Shown piece after piece: positions 12,948 to 22,705 of a DNA stretch of 34,213 nucleotides. Made by a program: the position numbers and the translations under genes. This DNA comes from Dimargaris cristalligena (taxonomy: Eukaryota), in assembly GCA_003614675.1 (NCBI GenBank), contig ML002394.1:1-34213 (forward strand), in the 5' to 3' direction. How positions within the stretch are numbered: position 1 is the first letter of the stretch; each line of letters starts with the position of its first letter. A model generated the notes under the pieces. It did no database searches, was not told the origin of the DNA, and saw only the letters and a program-made list of their open reading frames with translations.

Positions 12948-13091
12948 ATATGGGAGTAGTTCAACCAGGCTGTATAATGAAAAATCCACTTGATGAGGCA
13001 AATACTACTGGTTGAAAATAAACATCCCACCGATTTTCCCATACACATATCAGTTAAACCCTTATACAGCCAAGCTGAACTTCACCCATAT
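12948..13091 (+). mobile_element. MITE copy 1: 136-bp core 12952-13087 flanked by ATAT/ATAT target-site duplication
   Basis: Left end GGGAGTAGTTCAACCAGGCTGTATAA pairs with right end TTATACAGCCAAGCTGAACTTCACCC at 21/26 positions. 135/144 identical to copy 2, and the flanks are unrelated. Confidence 0.85.
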
Positions 13092-16000
13092 TCAGCCCTA
13101 CTACAACTAATAACAAATGGGCAAGCTAAGTATGTGTGTGTGCTGATCCGCATTTCCATAGCCTGACACTTCCTTTAATTGCTTACCCTGTGCTTTAAAC
13201 AATACTAATGATTCATCTAGGTATTGAAAAAGGGGCTTATTGGCGCTAATCACTGAGACGAAATATGGTAACTGTCGATAAACAACCAGTCTTCGGAAAT
13301 CACTCAGCGAAGGTCAGCCGTCCCAATTGGATACTTGCGGGGCTATGATGGAACGCCAATTTAGGCGCTACTATACAGCCAGGTGCATAGTGATGATAGG
13401 TGCTAGACGTAAAAGACGTCCACTAACCATCTTAAATTCGAAGAACACGGACATTTGCTGTCAAAAATGCAACATATGCCTAGACTCTATGGGAAACACC
13501 ACCACCCTAGGCGGCGGGTGTATTAACCGTGTACGGTTCGGCAGTAAACCACGCAAGAAAACTGGCCTGACCCGCCGACTTACTAGGACTCACATACAAT
13601 TTAATGCAACTGGCCCAAACGCACACCGCCGGCGTGCATTAGGACATTGTCGGAGGTTACAGCTGACGCCACACCACCATTACTATTCTACCGAAGAAAA
13701 GTCGATGGAATCGTATGGATGGGACGACGCCTTTCAACTTTATAATCCATACATGCCCTGATAATTCCTCCGGCTATCCTTTTAAGGCGGAGTGCTGGGG
13801 CGTCTATTAAATACAACCTTACAACAAAAGTCGCCCCATACCCGAACCGAACCCATGCAATGTATATTATAGTAAAGCACCCGGGCCCAGTCACTCAAAT
13901 CGACTAGCACATGCCCAAATATACCCTGGTTTAAGCTAAAGGAGCCATTCAACCCTTTTACCCGGACTCTTCTCAAAAGAAGGATTCCTTTATGCTGGTT
14001 CAACCAAGGCGTTTCTAGATAAGCCAACCTATCTGAGGCCATTCTAATCAGAATGATTGAGAAAAAACCCCCGGATAAGTTCATCGATACCAATCACTGG
14101 AATTATAACGATGCAATATCCACTAATTCGAACCAAGAGGTCAATAATAATGGATTGCTGAATATGACTTATTATAAGATGTGTTCAGCCGATTAGCAAT
14201 TGAATACCACCTACACCCCCCCCATAAAGCCGAACCCGTCAACTGCCGTTTTTGTGAGCTAAATCAATAGGCCATATCGGAATGAATTAGTTGGAAACCG
14301 GCCGGATCATCAGGTGGGTCGTACTAACGGGCCTTTTGTCCAATACTCCCCCTTTCTTCGGTTCACTGGCCCACACATGTCGTTAAACAGCAAGGCGACT
14401 TGCGGTTGCCAGTTCCTCTATAGCTACGGGATTATTCCAACAAAGTCGAATAACATAGAAACCCATCGGATGGATATTAGGTAGAGCGGATGGAAGAATA
14501 GGAGCTTCGTACACATGCGCACACATCCACGACAGTGCTCCCCAGAGTAGGGCGATATAGGTGGTGTGGGATAAGAGCTGGAGGAATGCACCATTAGGCG
14601 GTGGGCTACCCGCGCGAGTTAATGGTAGGCAATGACCGCGGCAGCAGTACCATGTGCTTTAATAGGTGGTTAATACGGTGTGTTCCAGTGGCGTGCAATA
14701 CACCACCCGCCCACGTCCCCCTGTCCAAACGATGCTATTCCCGAAACTCCTGTGTATCACGCTTGGCCTCCTAACCCACCCCCCTTCCCCATAGCACTAT
14801 CTTCTTCCTCTCCCAATGAGTTACCGATCCCTGAATGCCCTATCTTTACATCTATTTTTCGCTGCCTTCCCTTTTTTACCAAAGAAAAATATCGGACCTC
14901 TTGGCGGTAGGCCAGGTTGGAGGGACATGGGGATAAGGTGAACCAATCGATTTTCGAATGGAGGCGAAAGAAACGTCTACTATAATAATAGATTTCTGTT
15001 AATAAATCCCGCCACCTGCAACCTTGGCTGTTGGTGGGCATTAGGACACACGCACCCGGGGCGATATTCCTAATGAAGAAAATCCGCCATACTAGCCCAA
15101 CACTGCTTCCTAAGAGTTTAGTGAATATTAATCAATGGCGATTAACTGAGCCAGTTGGCCTGTCGATTCATCTGCTTTCTTCTGTATAAATGGCATCCGC
15201 TAAGTTTTTCCCTCAAAATGGTAAATGAAAAATGCGATTTTAAGGCCTAAATACGATACACCCGCACGCGCCCTTCCCCCGAATTATCCCAGATGGAATA
15301 GCTCAACCAGTAGCCAAACTCCTACTATCCTCAATTAGGCAAATCCGCATGGGCAAATGAGAGAAGAGGGGGGGGTAATGCTTACTACTGGGAAACCCGT
15401 CGGTTGACCTTTTCGCCGTTTCAACGTCATGAGAACCGTGTTGCGAGGATGAAGTGCTGTACGAGGCACGATGGTAATACAATTTCCAAGCATGCTTACG
15501 AACATCCCTCCCCCCCATTACTCCCTCTGCATCTCGCTATCCTACCTATCTTCCATTTCCCTATTGCCAGTACATATCGCCCCATATTTCACGCGATCCT
15601 CAGTTATTTCCCAACTGGTTTCCACTATTATTATTTCCACGGCGGCGAGCCGTGCTAATTTCTTACCCGTAATCCCAACTTGGCTCCATTTGGAAATATG
15701 GGGGGAGCGGTTGATCGATACCGCTGTTCACGGGAACAGGTGCGTCCAACTCACCAAGGTAGGCCAGGCCCCCCGGTTGGTCCAGGAAAATATATAGATG
15801 GTTTATGCATTGTATCGGGGTGGTAATACCAGTAGGACAGAAACGGGGAAGGGACGAAAAAGGTCGAAGTAAATCACATTGTCAGCACTGGTAACTTCCT
15901 CGGTCTTGGTGTAATAGTTGTCGGGCATATGGGTTGGGGATGGGGAGTGAAAGATGGGAGATAGGCATTCCCCCACCGGTACTTTACTATTGCATAGGGC

Positions 16001-16353
16001 AGTAATCACCAGGCAACTCGGGCGTATAAATACTCCTTGATGGAACCTTTACTGCTCCCTAGTATTCACACTGCATTTTCAGCCTATGTTCCAGTTCCGG
16101 CCCAGTGCCTCTCTATCCACAGATCGCGTGTATTTCCCCCTCCTATAGTGAGTCTGTACCTTTTGGCCTTGCATTATTTAATTTAATCCATTACCTTAGT
16201 AGTTATAGAACACGTTCCTCACAGCGAAGCCAGCCTGAGTCGTGTCTTTTTTCAAAAAAATCTACCCGATTGTCCTTCTCTGGAATTTTAACATCATCCA
16301 ACCGCTTAACCTTAACCGAGTTTAATTTTATTTATTTTTAAAAAAATAATAAT

Positions 16354-17589
16354 ATGAAAGCACCCTGTCTGTCGCTGTGGTTGGCGAGTTTCGCCCTCGT
16401 CAGTACCAGCTACCCGTTTCGAACTGGGACATCGCAGTCGTCAAGTGGGGGAGGGGTGGCGGTCCCCTTACCTGCGGAAGCCAGCGACCATCCCCACCGA
16501 CATATCAGATTCCGCCAGTCCATGTCAGGGTTAGTGACCCGCCTACGCGGCCGCATTCCGGGCCGTCGCCCGACGCGAGTGCCCGACACGGACACCGAGG
16601 GTCACCTGCAACTTACCGAAGATAACCTGCGTTATTCCCAGCCGGGCGATACGATTTATCTCCCCGACGGGTCGTCCCCCTTTTACCACCATGTGGTCAT
16701 TCCCGGTTCCGTTCGGCAGCTGTTCTTCCTAGGCGATGTACACGCCTGCTACGACGAAATGCAGACGCTATTGACCAAGATGGGCTACCAACGGGGTCCG
16801 GACCTGTTGGTGAGTGTGGGGGATTTGGTCAACAAGGGCCCGGACAGTGCCAAGGTGTTGGATTTCGTGCTGGAGCACGGGGTGCTGTCGGTGCGGGGTA
16901 ACCACGAGGACGCCATGGTCCGGCTTTGGGATAGTGTACACGCCCTGGAACGGGGCGAGGTGGGCGACCGGCTATTGCTGAGCCCCGAGGCATTCGCCGC
17001 CCTGCCCTGTGACGCGGAATGCCTCGCCCGATACCCTACCCACCCCCACCACCTGGCCAAGACCCTTTACTACCACGCCGAGCTCTTCCCCACGGCCTGG
17101 CGCCTCGAACTCGTTACTTTGACGTATGAACTGATGCCCCAACCCCGCTACGAAACCCTTCTGCGGGGCCTCCCCTACTTGCTCAATTTCGAACGATCGG
17201 ACCTGGGCAATATTTTGGTGGTGCACGCCGGCTTGCAAGCCGAACTCACCCTGGCGCAACAGAATCCGCTCATCATTACCAGCATTGATTTTCCGCCCCC
17301 GGCCCTACGGACCCCCGCGTTGCAGGTGTACCAAGAGCGCGGGTGGTACACGATGTTCAAGGAGGCGATGCAACAGAATGGCCTCAAGTCCCCTTGGCTG
17401 CAGGAGAAATCGATCATTTACGGCCACGATCCCCGCACCGGAATGGTTAAGGAGAGTAACATGTATGGGTTGGATAGCGGGTGTTATTTAGACCATTACC
17501 TGTCGGGCATGGTGGTGCCCGGTTTTGACATTCGCCAAACCAAATGCACGGATATCAAGCGAATTAGCGAGGATACTTATCGGTTTTAG
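16354..17589 (+). CDS. Calcineurin-like metallophosphoesterase (ApaH/PrpE/Ppn2-like) with predicted signal peptide, 411 aa
   Basis: Motifs in the expected order: GDVHACYDE, VGDLVNKGPDS, RGNHED, VVHAG, IIYGHD, GLDSGC. Hydrophobic N-terminus MKAPCLSLWLASFALVSTS. Confidence 0.88.
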   Translation: MKAPCLSLWLASFALVSTSYPFRTGTSQSSSGGGVAVPLPAEASDHPHRHIRFRQSMSGLVTRLRGRIPGRRPTRVPDTDTEGHLQLTEDNLRYSQPGDTIYLPDGSSPFYHHVVIPGSVRQLFFLGDVHACYDEMQTLLTKMGYQRGPDLLVSVGDLVNKGPDSAKVLDFVLEHGVLSVRGNHEDAMVRLWDSVHALERGEVGDRLLLSPEAFAALPCDAECLARYPTHPHHLAKTLYYHAELFPTAWRLELVTLTYELMPQPRYETLLRGLPYLLNFERSDLGNILVVHAGLQAELTLAQQNPLIITSIDFPPPALRTPALQVYQERGWYTMFKEAMQQNGLKSPWLQEKSIIYGHDPRTGMVKESNMYGLDSGCYLDHYLSGMVVPGFDIRQTKCTDIKRISEDTYRF

Positions 17590-18075
17590 AAGGGTATGCT
17601 ACTGCCCCAGTCACAGCGGTTGGGTAAAAGTTAGGCGGTCCCGCACTTACCCCTCTTCATGTTATATAAAGCTATACTATACTGCCTAGGTGGTAGCAGA
17701 CATTAAACAAGTATAAACAGAACCCCTTTATGAATGGTGGTGGGGTATATGGGTTAGCGAATAGAATGATTAGTAGAAGAGTGCCCCAGGTCTACTACTA
17801 CTATCTGCTCTCGTTGGCTGACTGATGAGCAAGGTATGTTGTATAGGTTGAATGGGATCGATTACTACGTAATGTTTAATTTCAACCCACCACCCATGTC
17901 TATTTAGTTCACTAGGGCCTATTGCATTTTATCTATATAATGAATTGCAGCATTCGATGCAACAGCGACCACGACAGTGGTATACATGGTTTGGGCCTAG
18001 AACCACAGAAATGACGTTGGCCTGGCAGGAGTATCGGCCAAACCCCGTGGCTCTATAATTACCCAGTGAAGGTGA

Positions 18076-18219
18076 ATATGGGAGTAGTTCAACAAGGCTG
18101 TATAACGAAAAATCCATTTGATGAGGCAAATACCACTAGTTGAAAATAAACATCCCACTGATTTTCCCATACACATACCAGTTAAAACCCTATACAGCCA
18201 AGCTGAACTTCACCCATAT
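18076..18219 (+). mobile_element. MITE copy 2: 136-bp core with ATAT/ATAT TSD
   Basis: Ungapped 135/144 match to 12948-13091 with the same TIRs. Confidence 0.85.
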
Positions 18220-18233
18220 GCAAGGTTAATTCA

Positions 18234-18377
18234 AGATGGTTGAAGTTTAGCTTAGCTATATAAGAATTTAACCAATATGTGTATGGGAAAATCGGTGGGA
18301 TGTTTATTTTCAACCAGTAGTATTTGCCTCATCAAACGGATTTTGCGCTATACAGCCTTGCTGAACTACTCCCAGAT
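18234..18377 (-). mobile_element. MITE copy 3, inverted: 136-bp core 18238-18373 with AGAT/AGAT TSD
   Basis: Reverse complement matches copy 1 at about 127/144 and copy 2 at about 125/144 without gaps. Flanked by the direct repeat AGAT at 18234-18237 and 18374-18377. Confidence 0.85.
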
Positions 18378-20296
18378 GGTTTGGTAGCCGGGATTGAAAA
18401 GGGGGGAAAATAACATCGAATATATATAAAAACACCCAACGATCAGACAATAGGCTTAAAAGGGGAATCCGGTATATGGTGCGAGAGGGATCGCCGTACC
18501 TTGGGGGTTACTGGAGTTAGTGGGGCTTTTGGGACACGTCATGATGGGTGTGTGTGTGACCCATGCATTCGTTATTGAATCGGCATATTCATGGGGTTTT
18601 CTTGCTAAGACTTGACGGTTACTAAATATTGAATGTTTGTATTATTACCTCACAAAGTCCACTCAACCTACCTGGAATCACTCGACCCTTTTTGATAAAG
18701 ACAAGTTATTTATTTTTAGGCGACCCTCGTTAATCCAGGGAAAATGGCTTTAGTTCATTGAGTTTTTCCTATAGCCGCCTTACCTGAGCCATTTTTAGAG
18801 GGTCCATTTCCATGGGAATTTAGCATGCCCCTGGCCTCTCCACCGCATACCTCAATGGCCAAATACGCACCAATCAGCCTGCATGTAATACCCCGCCGCC
18901 AAATCACGGTATTTAGCCACTAGCGGGCCCGCATCTACTCGGCTTAGAGAGAAAGAGATAGCGGTCGTCAGTAGTAATAACCCAGTCCAGTGGTACTATT
19001 GAATGAAACGAGTATGACACCACATCTATATATAATATATATGGGGTGTGGAGTATATGGTGCAGCAAGCGGGGTGCCCCAACCACAACACTACGTTGGT
19101 CCAAATCAGAAAAGGCGGGATACAAATCTATTGGCTTGCCAACAGTTTCCGGGAAAATTGTACGGAGCCGAATGGGCTTTTTGGTTTGGGGAACGGCCCC
19201 TATCTACGGAAAAAATCTTATTCAGACGACCCGATCGATAAAATTCGAGTGGATTGATTACGCAAGCATATTATTATCTTTTTCGCAAATCCTTTTTTTT
19301 AAAAAAAATAGTATAGTGGCTAGTTTGGGGGGTTATACTACACCCCTCTCTCTTCCCGGTCCAAGATTCTTCCCCCGTGTATGTTTTGTAGATATCCCTA
19401 ACGAGAGGCACCTACCTTTCCAATTTTGCGGAAAACTACATACCTTTTCCCGTTCCAAGGGGCCGGTTATGTCTTGTTTTGGGTGGGCAATGTGGTAGAG
19501 TATGCTCTATACGCAAGCCCGTCCTTTATACTATGAGAGAGAGGCGCTCGAACATTCCGGTTCGGGATTTTTCACGGGCCAGCGGCTGAGTGAGTAAATG
19601 AAAAAGTGAGTGGCCTGATTCGCAAATCGGGTGAGTGGAAGGAAACCCTCGCCACATAGCGTGGTAAACCAACCGCTAGCTGGGTATATGCGCATACATC
19701 ATCCCATCATACCCAACCCAGCCCATGGCGTCAAGCCGAGATTGAGAGTATACAGAGAAACACCCGTTCATTCCTCGGCAATGTATGCGCGCATACATCC
19801 TGTGGGCTTCCCTCACTAAAAAAGCAGGTGTATGTATTGTGGATTGGTTAGTCAGCCTTGCCTGAAAAATAATGAGCTCATCAACCCAGCCAGCAGTCTC
19901 CCCTTCCCTAACCCGTCGACTATATATGGGTTGATTCCTCCTGCTCAAAAACCTGCACGCCTCCTTTCTTCCCCCCTCTAACCACCTCAAGCTTATTCTT
20001 GCGGGTGTACGCTGCTGCTTTGGCTATCGCGATTCTAAACCACCCGTTCTGAATCCCTGATATTCCTGTTGGTTCTTTCCCTATACCGCGGTGTCTGTGT
20101 TGTGCTGGCCCCCCGTTTACGCCCTCCACATACTATAGTATATATATATACACTCGAGTTTCGCGCCCGCTTGCCGAGCCTCCTCCCTCCCTCTTAAGGT
20201 CCTTTGTTACCCACTAGTATTTACTATACCCCTCCCTCATTATCCCCCTAATTATCTTCATTTCCGGAGTATTTTTATTCCCCGGGACCCACCACC

Positions 20297-21486
20297 ATGT
20301 CTAACCTCGAGTCGAGCCCGCTGATCCCCAAGCGGGTCACCACCACCAACCAGCGCATCCACAATGTGCTGGTCCAAATCCTCACCCTGGTCTGGTTCCT
20401 CTGCCTACCCCTTCGCACTGTCGTCGGCGCCGTCCTATGGACCTTCAGCTTTTTCTTCTGGCGTCCCTTCGTAGCCGTGTTCACCCGCACCCCTTTTGCC
20501 GGCATGCTGGCCCGGTTTGTCGAGCGCAACACCTGGGTGGTGATCCTCTTCTTTGCCCTTCCCGCCAGCTACGTCTTTGATATGTTCTTCACCATCCGTA
20601 ACTGGTACGTCCGTAGCTTCCTGGCCGCCCCCAAACTGCACGACCAGCGCGTGCGTGAGGTCCAGGCCCAGGTGCGCCGTTGGAACGAAGAGGGCCGCCA
20701 GAAGCCCATGTGTACCGCCCGCCCTGGCTGGCTGACCATGTCCACTCGCAGCTCCACTTTCAAGGATGACTGCTCCCGTATCTCGGTCAATCTGCATGAT
20801 ATTATTGAGGTGGATACCGAGCGCCAGATCGTCAAAGTGGAGCCCCTGGTCGATATGGGCCAAATCACTGCCCATTTGGTGCCCATGGGCTGGTCCCTCG
20901 CCATCATGGTCGAAATGGAGGTAAGTTGCTCTTCTCTCTCTCTCTCTCTCTTTTTCCTAGTCTTTTGGATTTTCCCTCATGTTTATTGGTCGCTGTATAG
21001 AGTGATATCAGGCTCCTGATCTAAGTCATTATGTGTGGGGTCTTTCCCACCGTTGTTCCGTTTCGGATTTAACGCTTCAGTGTATGGTAGGTAGGGGTGG
21101 AGGAGTGTGTAAGGGAGGAGGAAGCCCACAAATGATTTTCACATGGACTCAGTGAGTGATATGTAAAAACGCATAACCTCCTCCCACTACCTTGACGTAG
21201 TAACGGGCTGTCGAAGTGATGGAAAAGGGTTTCCCTCTCCTCCTCACACACCTAAATGCCTCCTTAAATGGGCCGCATATCCTTGATCTCGGCTATCCTC
21301 ATCACTTACTTTGACTGCGGCTGAAATGTGCGCGTGTAACCTATATTGGTTTATAGGCTACTCAACTTAGCCTGTACTACATGGCCTCGAGTCAGTCAAT
21401 CTTGGGTGTACATTCCTCTCCCACCCATCGCCTCACTGTATTTTTTTAACTACCACTCACTCACTCTCCTTCTCGCTGCGGCTGTA

Positions 21487-21517
<31 letters not shown>

Positions 21518-22668
21518 ACCCAATCAATTCACACTTCTAGGACCTCACTGTGGGTGGTCTGCTAATGGGTGTTGGCCTCGAAGTCAACTCCCATATCTAT
21601 GGCCTGATGTTCGAAACCGTTGAGCGCTTCGAAGTGGTTCTGGGCGACGGATCCCTCGTCACCTGCAGCCGCACTGAAAACCCCGATCTGTTCCACGCCC
21701 TTCCCATGAGCCACGGTACCCTGGGTTTCCTGGTGTCCGCTGAAATGCGCATCATCCCCTGCAAGCCCTACATGCACCTCACCTACGAGCCCTGCCACTC
21801 CTTGGACGAGATGTCCGACAAGGTCACCAAATACTGTGAATCGGACAACCCCCCGCCGTTCCTCGAAGTCACCGTCTACAGCAAGGAGACCAGCGTTATT
21901 ATGCTGGGCGAGTTCGCTGATGTAACCACCCCCGAACAGCGCGCCAAGATCAATTCCGTCAACTACTGGTGGAAGCCTTGGTTCTATAAGCACGTCGCCA
22001 AATTCTTAGAAACCGGTCCTTCCGACGAATACATTCCCCTGCGTCACTATTTCCATCGCCATACCCGCTCCATCTTCTGGAAGCTCGAGGAATTGATCCC
22101 CTTCGGTAACCACCCCATCTACCGTTATCTGCTGGGCTGGCTCGGTGCCCCCAAGATTGCCTTCCTCAAGCTCTTCACCCATACCCCCGAAGTGCGCCGT
22201 AAGGTGGCCGAATCCGCCGTATACCAGGATATCATCGTCCCCATCAGCACGATCCGCGAGTCCATCATCCTCTTCCACGAAGAATTCGAATTCTACCCCC
22301 TGCTGTTCTACCCCGTCAAGCTGTTCTACAAGGCCCCCGGCTGCGAAGGTCTGATCCGCAACCCCAAGCATGTCAAGGAAGGCACCAACCCCCCGTGGGA
22401 AATGTACTTCGACTTGGGTGTCTACGGTATCCCCGGCCCCGTTCAGCGCGGCGAACCCTGGGATGCCGCCAAGGCTAACCGGGCTATGGAGAAGTTCGCC
22501 CGCGACAACACGGGCATGCAACTCATGTACGCCGATACCTGGCAAACCCAGGAGGAATTCGAGGAAATGTTTGATCATACGCTCTACCGCAAATGCCGTG
22601 AGAAGTACAATGCCATTGGCGCCTTTCCCGAAATCTGGGATAAGGTTAAGCCTCAGGACCAGCGTTAA
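20297..22668 (+). CDS. DHCR24: Delta(24)-sterol reductase (DHCR24/DWF1-type FAD-dependent oxidoreductase); join(20297..20920,21541..22668), 583 aa
   Basis: Exon 1 has APKLHDQRVREVQAQV, MCTARPGWLTMS and VKVEPLVDMGQIT. Splicing gives VEME|DLTVGGLLMGVG, matching PELDDLTVGGLIMGTG of human DHCR24. Exon 2 has SHGTLGFLV, WWKPWFYKHV, EYIPLRHYFHRHTRSIFW and AFPEIWDKV. Confidence 0.93.
20933..20950. repeat. (TC)9 microsatellite at the 5' end of the DHCR24 intron
   Basis: Read directly from the sequence. Confidence 0.85.
21487..21516. repeat. Compound (CT)8(AT)7 microsatellite near the DHCR24 intron acceptor
   Basis: Read directly from the sequence. Confidence 0.85.
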
Positions 22669-22683
22669 TTTATTCTTACCTAC

Positions 22684-22705
22684 ATATATATATATATATA
22701 TATAT
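22684..22705. repeat. (AT)11 microsatellite just after the DHCR24 stop codon
   Basis: Read directly from the sequence. Confidence 0.9.

Larger units (their letters stand above)
20921..21540 (+). other. Phase-0 GT-AG spliceosomal intron of the DHCR24 gene, 620 nt
   Basis: Donor GAG|GTAAGT at 20921 and acceptor CACTTCTAG|GAC at 21540. Removal restores the frame and the conserved motif. Confidence 0.9.

Noticed and set aside
13327-13761. 144-aa ORF with Cys pairs
   Set aside because: It lacks the codon bias of the real genes, has a non-ATG track start and no recognisable domain.
20921-21019. Hydrophobic C-terminus of the 240-aa ORF and a CCTAG acceptor at 20960
   Set aside because: This is intron read-through. 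A 40-nt intron ending at 20960 would have no branch adenosine and would not restore the DHCR24 frame.
21260-21290. ATATCCTT resembling a U12 5' splice site inside the DHCR24 intron
   Set aside because: There is no downstream TCCTTAAC branch site, and the U2 GT-AG intron fully explains the gene.
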